64,000 nucleotides of DNA, taken from contig NC_087436.1 in assembly GCF_036321535.1 (NCBI RefSeq), forward strand, positions 53,756,001 through 53,820,000, written 5' to 3'. Origin of the DNA: Camelus dromedarius. Taxonomy: Eukaryota. Shown here one piece after another: positions 52,761 to 64,000 of the stretch (positions within the stretch are counted from its first letter, which is position 1; each line of letters starts with the position of its first letter). Under the pieces are notes generated by a model. The model ran no database searches. It saw nothing but the letters and a program-made list of their open reading frames with translations, and was not told the origin of the DNA. The position numbers and the translations under genes are program-made.

Positions 52761-52853
52761 TGCTTCTAGCCAGAGTTTAACAAATAGTATTCTATTTTCT
52801 GGTTTGCTTTAAAAAGTATATTTAACTCATAAATCCTCCTAGAACTTACTTTT

Positions 52854-53134
52854 TATTTATTTTTATTGATGTATAGTCAGTTTGCAATGTTGTGTCAATT
52901 TCTGGTGTACAGCATAGTAGTTCAGTCATACATATACATACATATGTTTTCATATTCTTTTTCATTATAGGTCACTACAAGACATTGAATATGGTTCCCT
53001 GTGCTATACAGTATAAACTTGTTTATCTTATATATAGTAGTCAGTATCTGTAAATCTCGAACTCCCAATTTATCCCTTCTCAGCTCCCTTACCCTCCGGT
53101 AACCATAAGTTTGTTTTCTATGTCTGTGCATCTG
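52854..53134 (-). mobile_element. Short L1 3' end
   Basis: gtatagtcagtttgcaatgttgtgtcaatttctggtgtacagcat...; 14-bp TSD tagaacttactttt (52840-52853 / 53135-53148). Confidence 0.9.
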
Positions 53135-55549
53135 TAGAACTTACTTTTGACATATGAAATGAGAATTCAACTAGCTACCCCCTGCCCTCCAAATTACCAG
53201 TGAGTTATCTGAACTTCCCCTTCTCTGTTGAGTTTTATTTTGAAGATAAATCCTGCTTAGGGATCAACTCAGTCATCAGCTGGATCTAATTTCTAGTCCT
53301 TTTCTAAATTGTGTCACATCAGCTTAAGGTAGACCTTTCCTCTGACTTATCTGGGAATCTGCAGCAACTGTTCTATTTATATATGGAAAGAATTACAATA
53401 TAGCACAAATAGACTTAGGTAAACCTTGCCAGTGCCTTTCTGTTAGTAGGGAACCTGCTGCTGAAAGCAGACTTTACCTTTGAAGTCTACCAGATTGGTG
53501 GTAGTATGCTGAGTGTTTTGGGTAAGTGGAGGACACTTGAGGGAGAGAGGGTTAGTTTATCCAAATGGCTAAAGTTACTGTTAGCCAGTGTCATAGTTCT
53601 GGGGTATTGAATGGGTCAGATCTCCTTCCACCTTTGTGGGTACCCTGGCTCCTATCTGTGACCTCAGAATGGCCCCAATCCCTTGCAAGGACAAGCCTAT
53701 CGACGTGTGGTTTATTGCAAGAAAAAGTAACTTCTTGCTGCTCCATAAGGTTATCAACTAGCTAGCTAGTTTTTGAGAAAAGTTCTTACTTTTAGTTAAC
53801 TAGGGAAATCCTATGCCAAAGGTTCTCAAACTTAAGTATACTTAAGTATCACCTGGGGACCTTAGGAAACATGCAGATTTCTGTCCCCAGTACCAGGTTA
53901 CACGAGGTGGGGCTGGAAATTTTTCCTGATCTCATCTCTTTCTAGCTTTCTGAAGCCTTAAAAAAAATTCCCACAGATGTTTACAGAGTTCTGAGCGGTT
54001 CTTCATTCTTTTTCCATGAAATACTGGTACTGGCTTGCCAGAACCCATGAAACCCTCCAGGAGGTGGGCAGACACGCAACTCATGGGCAGATCTTCTCGG
54101 GTAGGGTTACAACCCAATTTCCAGCCACGTTCTATCTTTCTCAGAGGTCAAAAGCTTAATCGGTCATGAGCTATAAACCCAATTCAGATTCCCCAGAAGA
54201 CCGTCCTTCAACTCCTTCTGGATTCCTTCTTAGAGTTAGGACCGGTCAAGTTCCTTCGGGCACTATTCCATTTCGGGGCGGGGGGTGGGGGACTCATTTG
54301 CAGCTGGGTTTGTGTTGTTGGAAACAGACCTAGGGCGAGGATCGTGTCCCCGGTCAGGACTCCTTTGGGCCATCTCTCCTTCCTCGTCCCCATTTCTAGG
54401 ATAAGCCTCTTCCTCTCGCAGATAGGGAGGTTGGGATGGAGCCACAGCACTGGGATTCCGGGGGCTTTCTTGTGCAACCCTCCAGATTCGCTCTCCCCCC
54501 CAACCCCCCTCCGTTTCCCGTCTCTCTTTTCTCCCCCTTCCCTAACACCTTATCCTTCCCCTTTGCTCCCAGCAAAGTCTACGACCCATTTCCTCTCCAG
54601 TTCGGTGGCCCGGCGTGTTCTCTTGCAACGTAACCGGGTGGTGGAGGGGGCGCGAGTGTGACTACACCCAGATGGAGGCTTGTCGGCTGTGGGACTCTCA
54701 CTCAGGATTGCTACTCACCCAACCCTCTCGCCCCGAAGCCACCCTCTCCCCCGCGTCCCTCCAGAAGCCGCCTGCTGCTGCGAGTGGCAGAGGGAGACCC
54801 ACTGCTTATCAATCCCGGTCACTCCTCCAGGCTGCTCCCAATGGGCGCTCTCCTCTGGTACCCTTCCTTCTCCCTTCTGCCTGCCTTCCTCCCCACCTAC
54901 CCCGCTGCAGTGCCCGGGGGGTCGGCGGCGCTCAGAGCTGGCCGGAGAAGGGGCGGGGAGAAAGGGTGCAGGAGGAGCGCAGAGCGCTGGAAGGAGGGGC
55001 GGCGCGGCTACGTGGTGCACAGCGGCCGCCCGGGAGCGCCCGAGCCCGTGCGCGCGCGCACCTCGCTGAGGCTTGGGCGGCAGGCGGCGGGCGGCGGGCG
55101 GAGCTGCAGGCGGCGCGGGCGGAGGAGCTGCCGGCTGAGCGGGCGGAGCGATCGGCGGGCGGAGCGAGGGGTGGGAGGGAGCGAGTAGCGTCTCCACCAG
55201 CATCTGCCGCGGCCGCATTTGCCCGAAGCCCGGAGACGGACCGACGGACAGATCGCCTGGCAGAGGGACTTAGGAGCTCGCCTTGTGCTCGAGGCCAGCT
55301 TCAGCGAAGCTCGGGTCTTGCAACGCGCGCTTCCCCGCCGGATCGCGGCCACCCCGGCTCCGGCGGCCTCGGCGCGCGAGGGGCTGGAGGTGCGGGAGCC
55401 GCTCTGCGCCGGTCGGTCCCTGCGCTGCTCAGCCCCGGCCGCCGCGCCGCGGCCCCAAGCAGCGTCCCTGAGCCCCAGCTTCCCGCCGGGCTGCTCCGAG
55501 CAACCGTGCTCCGGGGCTCCAAACTCGGGCTGCCGGGGCAAGTGTCTTC

Positions 55550-55591
55550 ATGAACCCAGAGGATGTCCGGGAAGCATTACAAGGGTCCTGA
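55550..55591 (+). other. Out-of-frame upstream ORF overlapping the TSPAN5 start (MNPEDVREALQGS*)
   Basis: ATG at 55550, 13 nt before the main ATG; TGA at 55589-55591; translation not demonstrated. Confidence 0.6.
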
Positions 55592-55643
55592 AGTCAGTTG
55601 TTGCATCAAGTATTTCATATTTGGCTTCAATGTCATATTTTGG
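55563..55643 (+). CDS. TSPAN5: Tetraspanin-5, coding exon 1 (27 codons; cytoplasmic N-terminus and start of TM1)
   Basis: MSGKHYKGPEVSCCIKYFIFGFNVIFW matches the mammalian TSPAN5 N-terminus; A at -3; canonical donor TGG|gtaagt at 55644 (phase 0); remaining exons lie outside the window. Confidence 0.97.
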
Positions 55644-58600
55644 GTAAGTTGGAGCACTTCTGGGATTTCAACTATTGTGGCCGGTCGATTCGCGACGATT
55701 TCCCCCACGTTGCTCGCTGCCTTTACTTTTCGCAGACCTTTGGGAGCTTGCCGGAGCACTGAAAGGCATTTGCCTTCCGCTTTTCCAGCCTGCGCGTTGG
55801 AGAGATAAACATTTAATCCTTTCTAGGAATGAGAAGAGGTAAAAAGAAAAATCGAGCCGGAAAGGGGGCACCCAGGCCTTGGGTTGGCTTTTTAAGGGAC
55901 GAATAGCAGGGATGCAGATGAAAGAAAGGGCTCGGCCGTTTGAGAAATGAGCAACCACTCGAATGAGATTTGCTCCCGGTGGGATATGGATGTTGGTCAG
56001 AGCGTGGTGTCATAATAGGGAAGGCTAATCGGGTAGAGCCGACCCTGAGGTCCACCTTCTAACAAGGATCTGATTGGACAAGGGCTTGGCTCCGTGTTGC
56101 CGCGGCTGGTCTGTGCCATGCTCAGCGTATATCTTCTTGCACCATCTCAGGCTTTGTGTAGGATGCAGATGCGGTGGTATATGGTTCTGTAATGTGTACG
56201 TAAATAACGTTTACTGCACGCTCTTCCTCTTCATCTGGAAGGCGCTCCTTTTGCATAATGGACTGAGCAGTGGGCTTGTGGGGTTGAGGGATTTATTTTT
56301 CTCTCTTATATTACTGTCAGGTTAATAAGTCACCATCAACATATGTTTCAATGTGTTCGTGCCTCACGTCCTCCTTTTCTGAGGAGTGACATGGAGCGGG
56401 GCCGTTTGGGGGAAACCTTGGAGAAACGCAAGGGAGAAGGTGTATGAGACATGCTTTAGGGTGCTATCAAGAGAGCAGATGCTTGAACGAAAGATTCAAA
56501 CCATGCTCTGCTGGCACTACAGTGTGCTGGGCACCTATTGTAATTAGGCTGGGACGCCTACTCTTTTGTTTGTTTCTTTTCCTTGATCTCACAAACATGT
56601 TCAGCAACCAGACAAAGAGTTCACAGGACAAGGGGAAAATGTTGGTTCAAGGACCTTGTTATTTTTCTTCTCCATCTCATCCCATCCCATCCCATCCTCT
56701 TCCTTACTGTGCACTCTTCTCCCCGTTCTCCTCCCATGGAAAGTAAAGATGGTGGCTGTCTGGGGTTTGGAGGGTTCTCCAAGTTGCTGTTCAGTATAGG
56801 TTCAGTATGAGATAAACAAAAACCCAATGGTGGGATCAATAATAATCCACAGCAGTCTGAACACAGGGGGTATTTATTTTGATTCTCCTTTAATTTAGGC
56901 CTTTGCTGTAAACATATACATCTATGAGAACAGTTGTCAATATAGCTCTCTATATTCTTTTTTTCCTACCACGCATTTACCAGGCTATTTTGTTTTCATT
57001 TTCTGTTTTCTGTAGGAGCATCCTGCATTACTCACGCATGTTTTGCGAAAGGAAGTGGAAGGGGTTGGAGATCACTTTCTGTATCAATATGTCATCCGGC
57101 CTCAAGGACTGATAAAGATAATGAGGGGGGACACGTGAATAAATACCAGATTCAGTCCTTCACAGGCAATTTTTTGTCAGGGATGAGACATGATTCCTGT
57201 TAGCAGTCACCCCCTCCCTGCAGTCAGACACTGCTACAAATATAGGAAGAAGAAATTATTTCTTTGCTTTCTTTTTTTCAGTCCCTCTTGGGAATGTTTA
57301 AAAGTGGTGGGTCGTCACATTTCTGAGTGAGGCATTTTGATTTTATTTGAACTTGAAACTTTCATGACTTTGAGAGTCAGGGACTACGGAATTGGGGCCA
57401 GATCTTGTGAGGGTAGTGAGTCCAAGCCTCTTGATTCTACTTGAACACTTCCAAAAGTTGCACATTTCAGCTACCAGGCAACAAAAGGCACCCAGGGGCT
57501 TTCTCTGCAGTTTCATAGCAAGAGGTGGAAAAGAAATAAAGGGATTTGGGCCTGTTTCCCTGACAGTTTGGTGTAATTTTGTAGTGTACAGAGGCACATT
57601 TAGTATTTTCTGTGGACTAGGTTGTAGCAAAACCTCTAGAATTGTGGAGAGCTTCAAAGAATTGCAGCATGCTTGCATAGAGAGTTCCAGAAGAGAGTCT
57701 GATTTTGAAGGTCTTCATCTCTGGAGGGGAGTTTTATGGGATGCCTGAAAGGAGATTTAGTCTCTGGAACGAAACCAGCTGCCCCAGGTGGAATTATTTC
57801 ATAGATGCCTTTGTTATCGGGGCCCCTCTCTTACTTTGCTTTTTACACACCTTGTTCCTCCTTTCTGTGCCTGAAGCCTTCCACTCCCATAACCCTTTAT
57901 ACCTTCCCTAATCTGCTGTCTGTTTCAAAATTACCCGATATTTGAATCTCTCAGTTTGTCAGTACCCTGGTCTCTAGAGTGACAGTCAGCAGGCAGGTGG
58001 CCATGCTATTTGATCACAGTTATTCAGACTAAGATGTTAGTGACTGAATGACTGGGGTCAGTAACTGCTAGGCTGCTTCTGTACAGTTGCACGCCTCTGC
58101 TCTGTACAGAGTCACCATCCTGTCTGCGACTGCCAGAAACGGCAGACTCAGGGCTACTCTTACAAGATTATGAACAAGAGATTGATCACAGAGAGCATGG
58201 TTTCCTAATTTTCCATTTTCACATTGTGAAATTCTAGGCTAGAAATTTAAAAACATTGAAGACATTTTGAGGTAAGGTTCTGGGAAAATAAAAATTGAGA
58301 ACGTAGTAGCACCAGCACTAAGAGCTTGGCTCTCTTACTAATGAGTAGTTTGACTTCTTGCTAGTCAGTTAACTGCCCTAGGCCTCAATTTCTCAGCTGT
58401 TAAAATGAAGAGTTAGACACGTTGTAAGGTTCTTTCTGGTTCTGAAAAAGAATGAGTCTACTGAGCTCTAATATGCAGGGAAGAAAAATAGAAGAAATGG
58501 GCACTAATATATCATGAAAGAAGTATATATTGGGACACTTATTAAATTATAGACTTTTTCTCTTACTGAGACTTGTCTGAAGGCCACTTTTTTTTTCTCT

Positions 58601-59134
58601 CAAAGATCCTTTCATTAAAAAGAAAAATCTTTCCCTAATTTCTTCTTGGCTTATTCACTTATTGGCATAATATACATTCTTTCCTCTCCCCACTCTGAAT
58701 CTCAAACGTAGTCCTGTGAGTCATTAAATATATTTTTATTATTACAGTTTCATGTGCAAAATCTGAATACTTTTTATAATGGTTGTAATGATATTCTAAG
58801 TAACAAAGTCAACATCTTGTACAGATTCCTTTCTCATTAGTTATCAGGGGGAATGGGGAAAATCTTATTTTCCCTATTCTATATTGGAAGAACTCAAGCC
58901 AGAAGGGAATTGATTTCATTGAGAGTGTCACCATATTGGGACATTTCTCAGAAAACCCTGAGGCTGCTCTGGGGTGGGGGAGGGAAGAGAAAGGCAGTTT
59001 TATTTTAAAATTGCTTCTTTTGGGTACTGAACCCCCACATCTCATTACTCACCATTAATAGATGTTTTGTTCTGGAACTTTTTATATTCTGGCTCTAATA
59101 CTTCACTGTTCTTAGGGAAGTAAATTGATCTCTC

Positions 59135-59625
59135 AGTATTCTGGTTATCTATTGCTACATAACAAACAACCCCAAAACTTAGTGGTTTAAAATAAAATTG
59201 TATTGTATCTGATAGTTCTGTGATTTGACCAGGCTCATCTGGGTGATTTGCACTTGGAATCTCCCATGCAGTTGCAGTGGGCTGGGACTGGGCTGGAGTT
59301 ACCTGAAGGCTCACAGGGGTGGGATACCCAAGATGGCGTACTCACATGACTGGCAGGTGATGCTTGCTGAGAGCTCAGCCAGGGTTGTTGGCTGGGGCAC
59401 CTAGACATGGCTTCTCCCTGTCTCTGAGACTGGAAGGAGAAACTTCCAGCCAGTTAAGGCTACTCCTGGAACTGGCCCAGTGTCACTTTTATCTCTTCCA
59501 CTGTTTAAAGCATATGTGGAACCTGCTCAATTTCGGAGGGGCAAAGAAAGCAATTCCTTCTTTTGTTGGACAAGTGTCAAGGTTGTGGGTTGTGACCATC
59601 TCTGGAAAATACAGTCTGCTGCACT
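59135..59625 (-). mobile_element. Old MLT1-like LTR in TSPAN5 intron 1
   Basis: ttatctattgctacataacaaacaaccccaaaacttagtggtttaaaa motif. Confidence 0.7.
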
Positions 59626-61484
59626 GATCCTTAATTTTGTTTATAAAGGAAAGATAACATCATTCAATAGAGTTGTAGATTCAAGGATGCAATAAGGTAC
59701 GACTCAGCACAGTGTCTCAGTATTTAACAAATGGTGAATATGGTTTGTGTCATTGTCTCCAGATTTCATACTAATTTCATCCTGGCTATAGAATTTCTAG
59801 AATACCTTATTAGCCTGGTACTCCGGCATCCTTACTACCAGGTAATGATGCTCCTCTTAAGATGTGCCAAGAAGTTGAGGTGAATGGATTCAGCAGATTT
59901 AATCTTATTTGAAAAAAGCCCAATGGACCAGTGGAAGGCTTGAATGACTTGGGAGATCAAGTCATTGTTCTCTTTTCTTTGCTGTACAGAGTTTAGAAAG
60001 CCTTTGATACTTGAGGCCAAATTTCTCTTTGATATGCTTTCAAATATTACATTGTGTCTTTAAGTGGAGGTTTATCCAAGTCTGATGGCAGAATGTTGCA
60101 TCTAATTTGTTTCCACAGGGCTTAAATTCAGAGGAGAGAGATTTAGGGAACCTTGCGGGAGGCATCAAGTGGGAAGCCTTATCTTATGATTCACTATAAA
60201 TTGTAAGATGTTCTGGGATGATGATACATCAGCAGTTTATAAGTCATAATTTTTGTTTTAATTTGCTAGACATCTGTTAGCTTCGATGGCAACCATATGG
60301 GAGTCTAAATTGCCTTTTGAATTACAGGGAGATGGTAGGAAGAAAGCTAAATATGGTTATGAAAGTGTCAAATGGGAAAAATGTAAGAAGGGTGTAGAGA
60401 CCTCAGTGGGGAAAGGAATTGAGTACTGACTTACTTGGTCTGGTTGTTCATTCTTGGGTCAGTGAGAAGGCACTGAAGCATTCTCACTTGATGATATGCC
60501 CGGAAGATTCAAACGAAGCCAAGGCGAAAAGTTGGAAAACCAAGTAAGGTTCCACCCACCATAAAATTCCCAAGGTGAGCTCATTTAGATGGATCACTCT
60601 GAATTAATACGTCCACGGTAATAGTTAGTCCCAGGCCAAGGGTATAAGCAACCTGTATTTTAACAGAACTTTGTAATTATGATGTCTTTCTTCAAAGCAT
60701 CTCAAAGCAGTTTACAAGCCTATTATGACATCTTCGCGACAGACGAAGAAATTGGAGAGCAGGAACGTGGAATGACTTTCAACGTGTTGAAGAACATATC
60801 AGGGTTCACTTCTAGAATGTTAAGTCTCTTGCATAACTATAGCCCTAGCTTCTCCTTTGAAACTTATTTTAGAAGATGCTTGTTATTCTAAAATAAAACA
60901 TCAAGCAAGTCATTTACATCTGTTCATAATTGAAAAGTGATAAAGATTTTGCATATGCCTCAGTTAACACCACCCACAAGCGCAAAAAGTTAGGACGAAA
61001 ATGTTGTTAAAGAATATGATAGAATAATAAACTATTGTGTAGTCACTAAAAGTTCATAAGAGAAAAATGGAGTATTAAAGACAGTGTTCTTGAGTCACAT
61101 ACTTTTTTCTATATGTAATACTGATGACTGTCTTAAAATTGTAACAAGACTTCTGAATCATCATCCTTCACTGGAATATAAGGGCTTCAACTGCAGAGAC
61201 TCTTACTCATTTTCGTAAGCTCATGGTCTAGCAGATTGTCTGAAACACAGTAGGTTTTTAATAAATATTTGTTGAATGAATGAATTATGAAATCATTGGA
61301 AAGTACAGAGGTGTCGTCTTCTCTCACTTTCTAATCAGTGAGGCACTTTCTCTGTAACATCCTGCCAACCTTTCTAAGGATGGATCTGTTTTGGGACCAC
61401 TTTAATCACTTGAGAGTTTCATCAATCCCTCACACTAGATGTAACCTTTTCCCCCAGATTCTATCTTCCTAATTTACTGTTGTT

Positions 61485-62760
61485 GATTTTTAATTTTTAT
61501 TTTGAAACAATGTCAGACCTGCAGAAAAATTGCAAGTGGTACAATTTGTTTTTTTCCTGAATCATTTGAGAAAAAGATGCTAGCATGATGGCTATCACAC
61601 CAATACTTCAGTGTATATTTCCTGTAAACTAGGATATTCTCCTAGAACACCACAGTACAGCCGTCAAAGCCAGGCGATTATCACTGATACATTACTACCA
61701 TCATTCAGGTTTCCTAGGTGTTCCAATCAGGTCTCATAAAGCAAAGGAATTCAGTCCAGAAGACACATTGTATTTAGTTGGGTCTTTTTCTCTTTTAGTC
61801 GTTCAATGTCAGGTTCTTGACAGTTTTGAAGATTTTAAACTAGTTATTTTGTAGAATGTCCCTCAATTTGGGTTTGTCTGCCATTTTCTCATCTTTAGAT
61901 TCTGGCTGTGCTTCTTTGGCAGGAGAATTACAGAAATGTTGCTGTGTTCTGCTCAGTGCATCCGTCAGGTGGCAGTGATTTCTGTTTGTATTTGTTCCAT
62001 TACTAATGATGGTTACTTGATTAAAGTGTTGTCTGCCAAGTTTATCCACCGTAAAGTGACTCTTTTCCCTTTTGTAATGTATACATATTTTGTGTCATGT
62101 TACTGTGAAACTATGTGAATAGCTCATCCCTCATCAGATTTTCGATCTGTTAATTACATCACTAAGAACTTACGATCTTTTTTTTCCTAGTGTGTTTTAA
62201 TTAAACTGTTATTCTTATTACTTCCTTTGGCATTCCAGTTGGTCCCAGGTTTGGCAGTCCATCTTTTCATGCTGCCTCTTGTGCCCTTTAACTCCCATCA
62301 TTCTTCGAGCACTGCTTTGCTTTCTGGCAGAATAAGATGTTCCAAGCTCATCTTGAAATTTACTGCTGTCATCTTTTGTATCATGTATTTCCCCAAGAAG
62401 TCCTGGTTCCTTTGAGTGGAGGATGGTATCTAGAAGCCAAGATCCAGTCACAAAGTGTGCTTATTGCTCTGAGTCTATCACCACCCCTGGGGCCTCTCAG
62501 TGGTCAGAACTATGGAATATGTGTGTGCGCATACACATATGCACATGTGTACATCTGCATTTTTATACGTAGCTATATATTTTGAAAACTATGCATTTAC
62601 AGTGGTACCTCAGATCCCTGTCTGATGCCACAGGGTTTATTTTAGGTTTTTCCTTTTCCATATTTATAACTACCTTCTTTGACAATGAGAATTCTGGCTC
62701 CCATTATCCTTAACAATGTACTTATTTAATTAAATCTCCCCTTATGTAGCCAGTCTTCCA
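61485..62760 (-). mobile_element. Old L1M (L1MC-like) 3' region in intron 1
   Basis: ttttattttgaaacaat..cagacctgcagaaaaattgcaa and ttttgtagaatgtccctcaatttgggtttgtctg motifs. Confidence 0.7.
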
Positions 62761-63699
62761 CTGCTCCCCCTGCCCCTCACATGGTTGCCCTCCTTACCTG
62801 CTGGTGCTCCAGCCCCACATCCCACTGTGGACACTGATCAGGCTCTGTTACGCTGCTCTGGGCTTCCACATCCCTCCCCATGTCTTTCCCTGCATGAAGG
62901 TCTACCTTCCTGTGCCCCCACTCGTAACTTGAGGACTGAATTTTTCGGGAAGGAAGAGTGGAAGGGCCTAGGTTAGTCCTGTATGATACCATACGACTTG
63001 TCTTCCTTCTGCCTAGCCCTGTGTTATTAAAAAAATGGCTGTTATTGCCATTCCCAAACCTTCTGTTTTCCATCTTTAAAGGCTCTTAGTTTTTCCATTT
63101 GATCTTCATACACTATTTCCAGATTGTTCTTTGTCCTGGTCATGGTACTCGGCCTGTGGTCCCATTTGGACACACCTCCCTTAATGTAGCAAACAGAAGG
63201 GAACACATTTTCACACACTGTTCCAACCTTCCAGAGAGTGGTGGGCGGTTATTTTCGAGCTCCCCCTTAAGTCTCTGGGCCATGCTGGACCTGGAGGCAG
63301 AAGCCTGGGTTTGTCCTGGAGTTAGTTATTCTGACATTCGTTCTTCAGTTGCTTATCTAAAATGTGTTGAATGTAATTCCAATAGCTTGCAGAGTTGTTA
63401 CCTAACATTAAACAGGATCACGCATGTGAAGGTACTTTCTAAAAGGAAAAATGTCTCAGTACAAGTAGTAGTTCTTAACCCAGGCTGAACCACACATGCT
63501 TGTCCTGGCAGCCAGAGAACATTGTTGGCTCAAGTTGAATTTCCAGTGAAATGAAACCTTCATCTCTTTTTCAGGTGAACTTCTGTTAAACCCGTTTCCC
63601 TGCGCTAAGCGCTAATCAGAAGCCCTAACCCTCCAGTGCATTACTTGAATTTAGATTTAGTGCTATGTATTTATCCCATTGAAATGTCTTATTCTGGCC

Positions 63700-63892
63700 C
63701 AGTGGCTTTCAAACTGCGCTTCCAGCAGCCCGGGGCTTCCCTGAGGTGTGCCCGGGGCTGAGTGAGAGGTTCTCTGCCCTCTCTTTCCCCTGCAGAAGCT
63801 CAGCCATTAAGTTTGATGTTTTGGGATACCACGAAGAGTTCTGCTTGAAAAAAGGGGTCTACTGCTTAAACAAATGATTGAGAACCACCATT
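63700..63892. mobile_element. hAT-Charlie MITE remnant
   Basis: cagtggctttcaaactg ... ttgagaaccac termini. Confidence 0.5.
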
Positions 63893-64000
63893 CTAGCCTT
63901 CAGATAATTTTAAATCTTGAAGGTCAAGGCATGTGTAGAAAAAAATATTTCTCATCTGGGTTTTTCTTCTGTGGGCTTTTCTTCAAGCATAGGAGGTCCC

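Larger units (their letters stand above)
54580..55860 (+). promoter_or_regulatory. TSPAN5: CpG island: TSPAN5 promoter, 5'UTR and start of intron 1
   Basis: Very high GC and CpG density against a CpG-depleted background; GC boxes (ggggcgggg near 54950, gaggggcgg near 54995, several gggcgg at 55075-55165); no TATA seen; the exact TSS cannot be fixed from sequence. Confidence 0.9.

Noticed and set aside
54615..55553. 312-aa ORF in frame with TSPAN5, plus other long overlapping ORFs across the island
   Set aside because: Low-complexity Arg/Ala/Gly/Pro translation expected from stop-poor GC-rich DNA; it ends at TGA 10 nt before the true start and probably begins upstream of the TSS
55644..55808. 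Continuation of the TSPAN5 ORF (VSWSTSG...)
   Set aside because: Read-through into intron 1 past the gtaagt donor; TSPAN5 similarity stops at W27
1..64000. A novel multi-gene or defence-type system
   Set aside because: The window contains only one coding exon; the rest is explained by transposon remnants, small retrocopies and unique non-coding DNA

Overview
Mammalian genomic DNA, most likely a camelid (alpaca or camel): the young SINEs are tRNA-Ala-derived and Vic-1-like, and I saw no Bov-tA, CHR, PRE1 or Alu. About 54 kb of repeat-rich intergenic DNA is followed by a CpG-island promoter and the first coding exon of TSPAN5 (+ strand, 55563-55643). Intron 1 runs past the end of the window. 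The most notable items are: (1) an out-of-frame upstream ORF overlapping the TSPAN5 start codon; (2) a TOMM7 processed pseudogene that the ORF track misses; (3) a tailless retro-inserted 5' half of tRNA-Gln(CTG) with target-site duplication (TSD); (4) a nested L1/LTR cluster at 4.3-8.6 kb; (5) a young solo LTR with a triplicated 51-bp U3 unit; (6) a possible L1 3' transduction. Repeat family names come from recalled consensus sequences, not a database search, and boundaries without a quoted TSD are approximate. I see no evidence of a novel multi-gene system. Nearly all ORFs in the track are spurious or decayed L1 ORF2.
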